Shown: positions 28,773-38,395 of the stretch, in pieces | Numbering within the stretch: position 1 is the first letter of the stretch | How the letters are laid out: the number at the start of each line of letters is the position of its first letter | Assembly (NCBI GenBank): GCA_964291675.2 | Contig: OZ219866.1 | Span: forward strand, 1,792,001-1,856,000 | Direction of reading: 5' to 3' | Length of the DNA stretch: 64,000 nt | Origin: Alphaproteobacteria bacterium | GTDB lineage: Bacteria > Pseudomonadota > Alphaproteobacteria > MPNO01 | The notes under the pieces: generated by a model | Database searches by the model: none | What the model saw: the letters and a program-made list of their open reading frames with translations, nothing else | Told to the model about the DNA's origin: nothing | Made by a program: the position numbers and the translations under genes

Positions 28773-31111
28773 GGCGCGCGTCCCCGCCCGATCGCATCGA
28801 ACACCCGGCGCGGGGTGATCGGGGTCTCGGCGATCTCGACCCCCAGACCCTTGAGGGCGTCGTTGACCGCGTTGCCGATGGCGCCGACCGGGCCGATGGC
28901 GCCCGATTCGCCGACGCCCTTGATCCCCATCGTCGAATAGGGCGAAGGCGATTCCATGTAGTCGTACTTGATGTCCGGCACCATCGGCGCCGCCGGCACG
29001 TGGTAGTCGGCAAGCGTCACCGAGAGCGGCTGGCCGTTCTCGTCGTAATCCGATTCCTCGTAGAGCGCGTTGCCGATCCCCTGCGCATAGCCGCCGATCA
29101 CCTGGCCCTTGACCACCAGCGGGTTCACCCGGGTGCCGCAATCGTCGACGATCGCGTAGTCGAGGATCTCGACCTGGCCGGTCTCGGGGTCGACCGCCAC
29201 CACCGCGCCATGCGCGCCGAAGCCGAACACCCCGCCATGGACCTTGTCGTTGTATCCCGTGGTCACGGTGAGCCCGCCCCGGTCGGTGTCGTCGGGCAGG
29301 TTCTCGGGATGGTGGTAGAACGCCTCGGCGATCTCGGCGAAGCTCACCGAGCCGCCCGGGCCGCGCACCTCGGCGTTCTCCACCGCCACGTCCTTCTCGT
29401 CGCATTGCAGCAGATGGGCGCCGATCCGCGCGAGCCTCGGCTTGAGCTCGCGGCAGCCCTGGGCGACGGCGCCGCCGGCGACGACGATGCTGCGCGACGC
29501 GTAGGTGCCGGTCCCGGCATAGGCGGTGGCGGTGTCGCCGTGGCGGATCGCGATCCGGTCGGGGTCGAGGCCGAGCTCGCTGGTCGCCACCTGGGCCAGC
29601 GTGGTCTCCAGCCCCTGGCCGTGGCACTGGATGCCGACCGAGGCCCAGAGACCGCCGTCCGGGGTGAGCTTGACGGTCGCCATCTCCATCCCCGGCACCA
29701 GCTCGATACCCCAGGCGGAGTAGCCGAACGGGCCGGTGCCGTAGGCGGTCTGCTCGTAGAAGCAGGCGAAGCCGACGCCGATCAGCCTGCCGTCGGGCTC
29801 GGGCGTCTTCTGGCGCTCGCGCACGGAACCCGGGTCGATCAGGGCGACGCAGCGGCGGAACGCTTCCGGGTAGTCGCCGCTGTCGAGATGCTTGCGGGTG
29901 ATGGTGTCGTAGGGCATCGCCTCGGGCGGCACCAGGTTGTCGAGCCGGACCTCCCACGGCTCTCTCCCCACGATGCGCGCGATGGCGTCCATGGTGAGCT
30001 CGTCGGTAAAGCAGGCGCCCGGCCGGGCGACGCCGCGGAACGGCTGGCTCGGCGGCTTGTTGGTGCAGACCGTGACCGAGCGGCCCTTCAGCGCGTCCAC
30101 CGTGTAGGGCCCCTGCAGATTGCCGACCCCGGTCGCCGCCTCGACGCCGATCGGCCAGGGCCAGGGCGAGTAGGCGCCGGCGTCGACCACGCATTCGACC
30201 TCCATGCCCAAAATCTTGCCGGCCGCGTCGGCATAGGCGGTCATGGTGTATTGGTGGTTGCGGCAATCGGCGTCGCAGACCAGGTGTTCGAGCCGGTCCT
30301 GGACCCATTTGATCGGCCGGCCCAGCCTGAGCGAGGTCCAGCACACCGCCATCGTCTCGCCGTCGAGATGGGTTTTTAGCCCGAACCCGCCGCCGACATC
30401 GGGGCAGATCACCCGCACCTTGTTGATCTCGAGGCCGAGGAAATGGGCGATGCCGCGCTGCATCGGATGCGGCAGCTGGTGCGACATCCAGACCGCCAGC
30501 TCGTCGAGCCTGGAATCGTAATGCGCCAGCGTGCCGCGCCCCTCCATCGGGAACGGCGTCTGCCGCGCCATGCGGAAGCGGCGGTGCACGGTGTGGACGG
30601 CGGCGGCCCTGGCCGCGTCGAGGTCGCCGTTCTCGAACCCGGTCTCGCAGCACACGTTGTCGGCCCAGTGGTCGTGGACCAGCGCGGAAGAGGGCTCGCG
30701 CCCCTCGTTCAGATCGACCACCGCCGGCAGCGCCTCGTACTCGACCTGGATCGCATCGGCGATGTCCTCGGCCTCCGCGCGGGTCGGCGCCACCGCGATC
30801 GCCACCTGCTCGCCGGCGTAGCGCACCTTGTCCCTGGCGAGCACCGGGAAATCGGCCCCCTTGAAGCCGGGGAACGAGGCGGTCGAGCGGATCGGCTTGA
30901 TGTCCGCCATGTCGGCCGAGGAGAACACCTGGCCCTCGGCGCCCGCAGGCGCCGTCACCGAGACCAGGCGCCCATGGGCGATGGGCGCGCGGTTGAAGGC
31001 CGCGTGCCACATGCCGGCGACCTGGACGTCCGGGGTGAACTCCCCGGTGCCCATGAGAAACCGGTCATCCTCCTTGCGCGGGATGCTCGCGCCGACGCCG
31101 CGATCGCTCAA
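28769..31111 (-). CDS. Xanthine dehydrogenase-family molybdopterin-binding large subunit (CoxL-like, not a true CODH)
   Basis: VGGGFGLK, HGQGLETT, GTYASRS, GIKGVGESG. The active-site loop reads PFRGVAR. Confidence 0.9.
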   Translation of the reverse strand: MSDRGVGASIPRKEDDRFLMGTGEFTPDVQVAGMWHAAFNRAPIAHGRLVSVTAPAGAEGQVFSSADMADIKPIRSTASFPGFKGADFPVLARDKVRYAGEQVAIAVAPTRAEAEDIADAIQVEYEALPAVVDLNEGREPSSALVHDHWADNVCCETGFENGDLDAARAAAVHTVHRRFRMARQTPFPMEGRGTLAHYDSRLDELAVWMSHQLPHPMQRGIAHFLGLEINKVRVICPDVGGGFGLKTHLDGETMAVCWTSLRLGRPIKWVQDRLEHLVCDADCRNHQYTMTAYADAAGKILGMEVECVVDAGAYSPWPWPIGVEAATGVGNLQGPYTVDALKGRSVTVCTNKPPSQPFRGVARPGACFTDELTMDAIARIVGREPWEVRLDNLVPPEAMPYDTITRKHLDSGDYPEAFRRCVALIDPGSVRERQKTPEPDGRLIGVGFACFYEQTAYGTGPFGYSAWGIELVPGMEMATVKLTPDGGLWASVGIQCHGQGLETTLAQVATSELGLDPDRIAIRHGDTATAYAGTGTYASRSIVVAGGAVAQGCRELKPRLARIGAHLLQCDEKDVAVENAEVRGPGGSVSFAEIAEAFYHHPENLPDDTDRGGLTVTTGYNDKVHGGVFGFGAHGAVVAVDPETGQVEILDYAIVDDCGTRVNPLVVKGQVIGGYAQGIGNALYEESDYDENGQPLSVTLADYHVPAAPMVPDIKYDYMESPSPYSTMGIKGVGESGAIGPVGAIGNAVNDALKGLGVEIAETPITPRRVFDAIGRGRAP

Positions 31112-31141
31112 AGCCGCCTCCCAAGCGATTGGGCGCCCAGA

Positions 31142-31903
31142 CTAATGCACCGTCTGCCCGCCGTCGACGACCAGCGCCGTGCCGTGGATGTAGGACGCGG
31201 CGTCGGAGGCGAGGAAGATGGCGGCGTTCGCCACCTCGTCGCAGGTGGCGAGCCGCTTCAGCAGCGCGAGCTCCTCGACCGCCTTGCCGTCGACCATGCC
31301 GGAATCGATGTAATGCTTGACCCGGGGCGACAGCGTGGCCCCCGGGCAGAGCGAATTGACGCGGATGTTCTCGGTCCCGTAATCGACCGCGAGCTGGCGG
31401 GTGAGCGAGACCATCCCGCCCTTGGCCGCGCAATAGACCGGCATCTCCGGATGGCCGATCAGCCCGAAGGTCGAGGCCACGTTGACGATCGACCCGCCGC
31501 CGGGCGCGCGCCTCATCATCGGGATGAAGGCACGGCACATGTAGAACACGCTCGAAAGATCGGTGGCGATGATCCGGTTCCAGTCGCCGGTCTCCAGCTC
31601 GGTGATCTTCTTCACGAAGTTGGTGCCGGCGTTGTTGATCACCGCCTTGATGTGGTCGTGCCGCCCGGCGAGGGTTTCCCGGAGCGCCTCGATCTCGGCC
31701 TCGGCCGAGACGTCGACCTCGTAGGACTCGCACGCCGCGCCGGCGATCAGCGCCTCGGTCTGCTTCAGCTTTTCCATCGTCTTGCCGACCAGGATCACCG
31801 TCGCGCCGAGCTCGGCGAGCACCTCGCAGCAGGCCTGGCCGATCCCCGACCCGGCGCCGGTGACGATCACCGGCCTTCCGTCGAATTTGAGCTGGTCCAG
31901 CAT
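31142..31903 (-). CDS. Short-chain dehydrogenase/reductase
   Basis: TGAGSGIG, NNAG, YCAAKGG, VDGG. Confidence 0.92.
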   Translation of the reverse strand: MLDQLKFDGRPVIVTGAGSGIGQACCEVLAELGATVILVGKTMEKLKQTEALIAGAACESYEVDVSAEAEIEALRETLAGRHDHIKAVINNAGTNFVKKITELETGDWNRIIATDLSSVFYMCRAFIPMMRRAPGGGSIVNVASTFGLIGHPEMPVYCAAKGGMVSLTRQLAVDYGTENIRVNSLCPGATLSPRVKHYIDSGMVDGKAVEELALLKRLATCDEVANAAIFLASDAASYIHGTALVVDGGQTVH

Positions 31904-31911
31904 GTCCCGTC

Positions 31912-33099
31912 CTATTCCGCGGCCGCGGCGCGCTCGAACCCGCGATAGGCCTCGTCGCCGACCGGCTGGAGCGCCGGCATCACCTCGCTCGCGAACAGGC
32001 GGATGTTCCGCTCCGTGAGGTCCGCCGGCAATGTGCCGAAATGCAGGAGCGCGATGAAATTGGCGAAGCCGAGCTCGCGGTGGCAGTGGAGGATGCGCTC
32101 GCGCACCGTGTCCGGGCTGCCGACAATGACGATGCCGAGCTCCATCATCTTCTCCAGCGTCTGGTCGCCGGCGATCGAGCGCTTGTGCTGGCGCACCCGC
32201 TTGTACGAGCTCATGCCGAGATAGCCGGGCGGGAACAGGATCTCGAAGGGGAGCGCGAGGAACCGGTTGAACAGCGCCTCGATATGCGCCTTCGCCTCGG
32301 CGACGGCCCGGGCGTCGGTGTCGGCGACATAGACCGGGGCGGTCCAGCCGAGCTGCTCCGACGAGGCGGCATAGCCGTACTTCGCTTCGCAGGTCTCGCG
32401 GTAGAAATTGAGGAAACGGCTCACCGACTCGAACGGGCTGTAGTTCTGCAAGTACACGTAGCGCCGGTCGGGATGGGCGGCCCATTCGATGGTCTCGGTC
32501 GAGCCCAGAGACGGGCACCAGATCGGCGGGTGCGGCTGCTGATAGGGGCGCGGCCACACATTGACGTATTCGAAGTGGAAATGCCTGCCCTCGAAGGCGA
32601 AGGGCCCGGGCTCGGTCCAGGCGCGGACGATCAGGTCGTGCGCCTCGACATGGCGCTCGTGCGAGGTGGTCGGGTTGGCCGCCAGCGACCAGAACTCCGC
32701 GCCGATGCCGCGGACGAACCCGGTGATCAGCCGCCCGCCGGAGATGCAGTCGAGCATGGCGTGCTCCTCGGCGAGCGTCAGCGGGTGTTCGCGGAGCGCA
32801 AACGCGTTGCCGAGGATGGCGATCTTGCAGCTCTCGGTGCGCCGGGCCAGCGCCGCGGCCATCACCACCGGCGAGGGCATCAGCCCGTAGGCGTTCTGGT
32901 GGTGCTCGTTGACGCTGACCGCATCGAAGCCGAGCTCGGCGGCGAGCTCCAGCTCGTCGAGATAGCGGTTGTAGAGCGCGGCGCCCTTCTTCGGGTCGAA
33001 GTCCGAGTTGGGATAGGTGACCCAGGCGGATTTGTGCTTCGCCCTCAGCGCCATGTCCATATGCGCGTAGGGCATCAGGTGGAACATCGTGATCTTCAT
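31912..33099 (-). CDS. Luciferase-like (LLM class) flavin-dependent monooxygenase
   Basis: NEHHQNAYGLMPSP, LDCISGGRL, WPRPYQQPHPPIW, VGSPDTVRE, LFASEVMP. Confidence 0.9.
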   Translation of the reverse strand: MKITMFHLMPYAHMDMALRAKHKSAWVTYPNSDFDPKKGAALYNRYLDELELAAELGFDAVSVNEHHQNAYGLMPSPVVMAAALARRTESCKIAILGNAFALREHPLTLAEEHAMLDCISGGRLITGFVRGIGAEFWSLAANPTTSHERHVEAHDLIVRAWTEPGPFAFEGRHFHFEYVNVWPRPYQQPHPPIWCPSLGSTETIEWAAHPDRRYVYLQNYSPFESVSRFLNFYRETCEAKYGYAASSEQLGWTAPVYVADTDARAVAEAKAHIEALFNRFLALPFEILFPPGYLGMSSYKRVRQHKRSIAGDQTLEKMMELGIVIVGSPDTVRERILHCHRELGFANFIALLHFGTLPADLTERNIRLFASEVMPALQPVGDEAYRGFERAAAAE

Positions 33100-33127
33100 G
33101 CCGCGTGCTCCTTCGCGGCCGCCGCGG

Positions 33128-33913
33128 TCAGGCGGCGTGCCGGCCGCAGAACCCCGTCACCGCGTCGATGAAGGCATCGGTCTGCTCGATATTCGGCAGA
33201 TGGCCGCAATCCGCCACCATGGTCACCTCCGCGCCGGCGATCAGCTTGCCGAATTCGCCGGCATAGCAGGGCGGGATGATGCGGTCGGAATCGCCCCAGA
33301 TCACATGCGTCGGCACGTCGATCCGGTGCAGCCACTTGCGCAGCGCCGGGTTGAACAGCCGCGGCTGCCAGGCGAGGCGGGCGGTGGCGACCTTGTTCTT
33401 GATGATGATGTCCTGCTGTTCCTCGGTCGGCTCCAGCGCCAGCATCTGGTTGGCCAAGGCGTCCGACTTGAACAGCGCGCGGGCGAGCTCCTCGTCGTCC
33501 ATGATGAACAGATCGGCGGCGGGCTCGCCCTTGATGCGGATCCCGGCGGCGCCCACCAGGGTCAGCGAGGCGAGGCTGTGGGTCGAGCGCACCGCGAGCT
33601 CGAGCGCGATCCAGCCGCCGAGCGACTGGCCGACGAGATGCACGTTCTCCAGCCCATGTTCCCTGATGAAGTCGAGATAGAAATAGGCCAGGTCGTCGAC
33701 TTTCTCGACCCAGCCCGGCTCGTCCGACTGTCCGAAGGTCGGGTGGTCGGGCGCAATCACGTCGAAGCGGTCGGACAGGCGGTCGAGATAGGGCAGCCAC
33801 GCCGGGATGCCGCCGGCGCCGTGCAGGAACAGGAGCGTCCGGCCGCTGCCGCCGCGGCGCAGGAAGACCTTGCCGCCCTTGTAGTCGATTGTGCTCTCGC
33901 TGCACGATGCCAT
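33128..33913 (-). CDS. Alpha/beta-fold hydrolase
   Basis: FLHGAGG, GQSLGG nucleophile elbow, WGDSD, CGHLP. Confidence 0.9.
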   Translation of the reverse strand: MASCSESTIDYKGGKVFLRRGGSGRTLLFLHGAGGIPAWLPYLDRLSDRFDVIAPDHPTFGQSDEPGWVEKVDDLAYFYLDFIREHGLENVHLVGQSLGGWIALELAVRSTHSLASLTLVGAAGIRIKGEPAADLFIMDDEELARALFKSDALANQMLALEPTEEQQDIIIKNKVATARLAWQPRLFNPALRKWLHRIDVPTHVIWGDSDRIIPPCYAGEFGKLIAGAEVTMVADCGHLPNIEQTDAFIDAVTGFCGRHAA

Positions 33914-33953
33914 CACATCCCTCCCCAACGCGGACCGGCGGCGCGGCGCCCGG

Positions 33954-34772
33954 TCACGACTTGACCTGCTCGTGCCCGCCGAGCCCCGGACGGTATTTCT
34001 TGTCCAGAAAATCGCCGATCCCCTCCTTGCGGAAGGAATCGTCCTGGCGCCGCGTGTGCTGCGCCTCCATCGCCGATGCGTAGTTCATCGCCGTGTCCCA
34101 GTCCATGCCGAGCGAGTGCCGGTAGGCTTCCTTGGTCGCGCGCAGGGCCGACGGGTCCTTGGCGGCGATGTCGCGGGCGGCCCCCATCACCGTCTCGCGC
34201 AGCTCCGCCAGCGGCACCGAGAAGTTCACGAAGCCGATCTCGGCGGCCGTCCTGCCGTCGAAGGGCCGGCCGGTCATCGCGTACCACAGGTAGTCGCGCG
34301 GGCGCAGCAGATTGCCCATCGACTTGGAGACGCTGCCGCCCGGGAACATCTTGAAATTGATCTCGCTCAGCGCGAATCGCGCCTCGTCGGCGGCGACCGC
34401 GAGGTCGCAGGCCTCGACGATGGTGAACGCCCCGCCATAGCAGTGCCCGTTGACCATGGCGATGGTGGGCTTCGGAAAATGGCGGATCGTCCGGCCGCGC
34501 CACTCGACCGACACCCGGGTCACCCGGTCGTACTCGTCGGGCTTGTCCTTGAGCTCGATGAAGAACTCCTTCAAGTCCATGCCGGCGGAGAAGGCGTCCC
34601 CCGCCCCGGTGATCACCAGCACGAGCGCGCCCGCGTCGTAGCGCAAAGCTTCCAGCGCGTCCGTCACCTCGTCGTGGAGCAGCGGGTTCATGGCGTTCTT
34701 CTTTTCCGGCCGGTTCAGCGTGAGCGTCGCCACCCCGTCGTCGACATCGACGCGTATCGTTCGGTATGCCAT
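33954..34772 (-). CDS. ech: p-hydroxycinnamoyl-CoA hydratase/lyase (crotonase family)
   Basis: LNRPEKKNAM, AGMDLKEFF, KPTIAMVNG, LSEIN, MTGRPFDG and a C-terminal KKYRPGLG characteristic of HCHL/Ech. Confidence 0.8.
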   Translation of the reverse strand: MAYRTIRVDVDDGVATLTLNRPEKKNAMNPLLHDEVTDALEALRYDAGALVLVITGAGDAFSAGMDLKEFFIELKDKPDEYDRVTRVSVEWRGRTIRHFPKPTIAMVNGHCYGGAFTIVEACDLAVAADEARFALSEINFKMFPGGSVSKSMGNLLRPRDYLWYAMTGRPFDGRTAAEIGFVNFSVPLAELRETVMGAARDIAAKDPSALRATKEAYRHSLGMDWDTAMNYASAMEAQHTRRQDDSFRKEGIGDFLDKKYRPGLGGHEQVKS

Positions 34773-34808
34773 CCCGTTCCCCCCGCTCCGCGCCGCCTTG
34801 CGGTATAT

Positions 34809-34826
34809 TCGTTAGTCACCTAACGA
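34809..34826. promoter_or_regulatory. Candidate MarR operator TCGTTAG-N4-CTAACGA
   Basis: Perfect 7-bp inverted repeat in the ech/marR divergent gap. It overlaps the expected -10 of a minus-strand TTGACA (34840-34845). Confidence 0.6.
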
Positions 34827-34897
34827 CCGCCCGTCGGACTGTCAATCCGACCGCCGGGCCGGTTTCCCCCGCGCCGCGGAGCACTATCTTAGCCGCC

Positions 34898-35356
34898 ATG
34901 CCGCCCGACGACCATTTGGCCCCCGAAGAGACCGTCGGCTTCCTGCTGTGGGATACCACAAGGGCGTTCACCGCGCGGTTCTCCGAACGGATCGCCCGCC
35001 ACGGCGTGACCTTCGGCCTGTGGCCCTTCCTGCGCGCGCTCTGGGAGGAGGACGGGCTGACCCAGCGCCAGCTCTCCGAACGGGTGCGCATGAAGGGTCC
35101 GACCACGGCGGCCGCGGTCAGCCGGCTGGAGGCGCGCGGCCTCGTCAGGCGCATCCACAACGAGCATGACGGGCGCAAGATCAACGTCTTCCTCACCCCG
35201 GAGGGACGGCGCATCTACGACCTGGTGATGCCCGAGGTCGCGGCGATCAACCGCCAGGGCATCGCCGGGCTCTCGGAGTCCGAGCAGGCGGAGCTCAAGC
35301 GCCTGCTGCGGGGCCTGCGCGGCAACATGACGGCGGATGGCGGGACCGGTGCGTGA
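34898..35356 (+). CDS. MarR-family transcriptional regulator
   Basis: LWEEDGLTQRQLS, LEARGLVRR, DGRKINVFLTPEG winged HTH. Confidence 0.9.
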   Translation: MPPDDHLAPEETVGFLLWDTTRAFTARFSERIARHGVTFGLWPFLRALWEEDGLTQRQLSERVRMKGPTTAAAVSRLEARGLVRRIHNEHDGRKINVFLTPEGRRIYDLVMPEVAAINRQGIAGLSESEQAELKRLLRGLRGNMTADGGTGA

Positions 35357-36558
35357 GCGGGCCGGGAGCAACTAGCCACCGGCTCGGCTTCGCCGCCACC
35401 GCGCTGCTGCTCGGCCTGTTGATGGCCTCGCTGCCGCTGTCGGTGGATTCGACCCTGCCGTCGATGCCGCTCGCGGCGGCCGATTTCGGCGTCTCCGACG
35501 GCGCGATCCAGCTCAGCCTCAGCATCTTCATGGCCGGCATCGCCACCGGCCAGCTGTTCTACGGCCCGGTCTCCGACCGCTTCGGCCGGCGTCCGGTCCT
35601 GCTCGCCGCCTTCTGCGTGTTCGTGGCCGCGGCCGTCGGCTGCGCGCTCTCCGCCTCCTACGAATCCTTCATCGCGCTCCGCTTCGTCCAGGGGCTCGCC
35701 GCCTGCGCGGCCTCGGTGCTGGCGCGTGCCATCGTGCGCGACCTGTTCGACCGCGAGGAGGCGGCGAAGATGCTCGCCTATGTGATGATGCTGTACGGCT
35801 TCGCGCCGGTCGTGGGACCCGTCCTCGGCGCGCATCTCGCGGTCTCGCTGGGCTGGCGCGCGGTCTACTGGTTTCTCGCCATATTCGGCCTGCTGGCGCT
35901 CGTCGTGGCGTGGCGCGCGCTGGGCGAAACGGTGTCCGCGCGCCGGCTGGATGCGCTCCGGCCCGGCCCGCTGGTCCGCACCTATTCGCGGCTTCTCGCA
36001 AGCCGCCTCTTCGTCGGCTACATGCTGATGCTGAGCGCGTGCTTCTGCGGGCTGTTCGCCTTCCTCGCCGCATCCGCGACCAGCCTGATCAACCATATCG
36101 GCGTCCCGGTCGAGGTCTACGGCTATCTCTTCGCCGGCTGCATGATGGTCTATGTGGCCGGCAGCCTGCTGTCGGCGCGGCTGGTGGGCCGCCGGTCGAT
36201 CCACGGCATGATCGTGACCGGCGGGGCGATGATGGCCTGTGCCGGAATCGTCATGGCCGCTCTCGGCCTCGCCCGGGTCGACTCGGTATGGGCGATCGTC
36301 CTGCCGATGGCGGGCTTCATGTTCGCCTTCAGCTTCATCGTGCCCTCCGGCCAGGCCGCGGCGATGTCGGTCTTTCCCGATATCGCGGGCGCGGCCTCCT
36401 CGGTGCTCGGCTTCGTGCAGCTCACGCTGAGCGCGGCGACCGGGCTGGCGATCGGGCACTTCGCCGACGGCACCCAGCAGCCGATGACGGTGGCGATCGG
36501 CATCGCCTCGCTGTGCCCGGTCCCGATCTACCTGTCGGTCGTCCGCGCGCGCCGGTGA
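35353..36558 (+). CDS. Bcr/CflA-family multidrug efflux MFS transporter
   Basis: DSTLPS, GPVSDRFGRRPVL, RAIVRDLF, AGAASS. Confidence 0.88.
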   Translation: MSGPGATSHRLGFAATALLLGLLMASLPLSVDSTLPSMPLAAADFGVSDGAIQLSLSIFMAGIATGQLFYGPVSDRFGRRPVLLAAFCVFVAAAVGCALSASYESFIALRFVQGLAACAASVLARAIVRDLFDREEAAKMLAYVMMLYGFAPVVGPVLGAHLAVSLGWRAVYWFLAIFGLLALVVAWRALGETVSARRLDALRPGPLVRTYSRLLASRLFVGYMLMLSACFCGLFAFLAASATSLINHIGVPVEVYGYLFAGCMMVYVAGSLLSARLVGRRSIHGMIVTGGAMMACAGIVMAALGLARVDSVWAIVLPMAGFMFAFSFIVPSGQAAAMSVFPDIAGAASSVLGFVQLTLSAATGLAIGHFADGTQQPMTVAIGIASLCPVPIYLSVVRARR

Positions 36559-36625
36559 GCCGCGTTCCGCTCGCCCGCCTCATCTGCTAAACCCCGGGCG
36601 GCGGCTGATCGGGGGCAGGGGCCGG

Positions 36626-37942
36626 ATGATTCCGCGCTATTCGCGAGACGAGATGGCGTCGCTCTGGGCGCCCGAGACCAGGTTCCGCATCTGGCTCGAG
36701 ATCGAGGCGCATGCCTGCGACGCGCAGGCGGCGCTCGGGCTGATCCCCGAGTCCGCCGCGCGGGCCGTGCGGGAGCGCGGCGCCTTCGAGGTCGAACGCA
36801 TCGAGGAGATCGAGCGCGAGACCCGGCACGACGTGATCGCCTTCCTCACCAACCTCGCCGAGCATGTCGGGCCCGAGGCGCGCTTCGTCCATCGCGGCAT
36901 GACCTCGTCCGACGTGCTGGATACCTGTCTCGCGGTGCAGCTCAGCCGCGCCGCCGATCTGCTGGATGGCGGGATCGCGGCGGTGATGGACGCTCTCGAA
37001 CGCCGCGCCCGCGAGCACAGGCTCACCCCCTGCATCGGGCGCAGCCACGGTATCCACGCCGAGCCCACCACGTTCGGGCTCAAGCTCGCCGGGCACTACG
37101 CCGAGTTCGCGCGCAACCGCGCCCGCCTCGCCACCGCGAGAGCCGAGGTCGCGACCTGCGCCATATCCGGCGCGGTCGGCACGTTCGCCAATATCGACCC
37201 GCGGGTCGAGGCGCATGTGGCGGAGCAGCTCGGGCTCGCGGTCGAGCCGGTCTCCACCCAGATCGTCCCGCGCGACCGGCACGCGGCGTTCTTCGCCGCC
37301 CTCGGGCTGGTGGCGAGCGCGGTCGAGCGGCTGGCGACCGAGATCCGCCACCTGCAACGCACCGAGCTGCGCGAGGCCGAGGAGTATTTCGCGCCCGGCC
37401 AGAAGGGCTCGTCCGCGATGCCGCACAAGCGCAACCCGGTGCTGACCGAGAACCTGACGGGGCTCGCGCGCATCGTGCGCTCGCATGTCGCGCCGGCGCT
37501 GGAGAACGTCGTGCTGTGGCACGAGCGCGACATCTCGCATTCCTCGGTGGAACGCACGATCACGCCCGATGCGACGGTGACGCTCGACTTCGCGCTGGCC
37601 AGGCTCGCCGGCGTGGTCGACCGGCTGGCGGTCTACCCCGAACGGATGCGCGAGAACCTCGACGCACTCGGCGGGCTGATCCACTCGCAGCGCGTGCTGC
37701 TGGCGCTCGCCGAGGCCGGGATGTCGCGCGAGGACGCCTATGAAGCCGTCCAGCGGAGCGCGTTGCGGGTCTGGGAGGACGGCGGCGAGTTCCTGGCGCT
37801 GCTGCAGGGGGACGAGGCGGTGACCCGTCACCTGTCGGACGACGCGCTGGCGGCGCTGTTCGACCTCGACTACCACCTCGCCCATGTGGACACGATCTTC
37901 GAGCGCGTCTTCGGGCCGGGGGACCCGCTCAGTCGCGCCTGA
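36626..37942 (+). CDS. purB: Adenylosuccinate lyase
   Basis: MIPRYSR, TRHDVIAF, GRSHGIHAEPTTFG, GSSAMPHKRNP, WHERDISHSSVER. Confidence 0.96.
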   Translation: MIPRYSRDEMASLWAPETRFRIWLEIEAHACDAQAALGLIPESAARAVRERGAFEVERIEEIERETRHDVIAFLTNLAEHVGPEARFVHRGMTSSDVLDTCLAVQLSRAADLLDGGIAAVMDALERRAREHRLTPCIGRSHGIHAEPTTFGLKLAGHYAEFARNRARLATARAEVATCAISGAVGTFANIDPRVEAHVAEQLGLAVEPVSTQIVPRDRHAAFFAALGLVASAVERLATEIRHLQRTELREAEEYFAPGQKGSSAMPHKRNPVLTENLTGLARIVRSHVAPALENVVLWHERDISHSSVERTITPDATVTLDFALARLAGVVDRLAVYPERMRENLDALGGLIHSQRVLLALAEAGMSREDAYEAVQRSALRVWEDGGEFLALLQGDEAVTRHLSDDALAALFDLDYHLAHVDTIFERVFGPGDPLSRA

Positions 37943-38339
37943 CGGTCGGCCGGCCCTCGCCGATCCATTTCGCGATCCCGCCCTCGACGTTGTAGACCCG
38001 CCGGTACTTGAAATGCCGGTCGAGCAGGCGGCTCACCGCCTTGCTGCGCCCGCCGCTGTGGCAGAGGATCGCGACGGGCTGTTCCGGCGCGGCGATCGCG
38101 GCGAACCTGGCCATCCAGCCGCGCACGTCGTAACGCCCGTTCTCGTCGAAGAAGGTCAGCAAATGGCTGCCCTGGACGACGCCCGTCTTGTCCCACTCCG
38201 CCGCGGTCCGCACGTCGACCACCGGCACCCCGCCCTGAATCAGCTTCTGGAGCGCGGCGGCATCGACATGGGCGATCTCCGCGCGCAGCGGCGCGGCGAG
38301 CGCGAGCAGCGCGGCGACCGGCGACAGCCATCTCAGCAT
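37929..38339 (-). CDS. Secreted single-domain rhodanese
   Basis: Signal peptide ending LRA, VDVRTAAEW, CHSGGRS active-site loop, VEGGIAKW. Confidence 0.85.
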   Translation of the reverse strand: MLRWLSPVAALLALAAPLRAEIAHVDAAALQKLIQGGVPVVDVRTAAEWDKTGVVQGSHLLTFFDENGRYDVRGWMARFAAIAAPEQPVAILCHSGGRSKAVSRLLDRHFKYRRVYNVEGGIAKWIGEGRPTVRRD

Positions 38340-38395
38340 CTCTGCGCCTCCGGCTTCCGGCGAACGGCCCGAGCCTACCGCAACCCGGTCCACCG

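Noticed and set aside
28769-31111. Aerobic CO dehydrogenase (coxL)
   Set aside because: The active-site loop is PFRGVAR, not AYRCSFR (form I) or AYRGAGR (form II), and no cox accessory genes are present.
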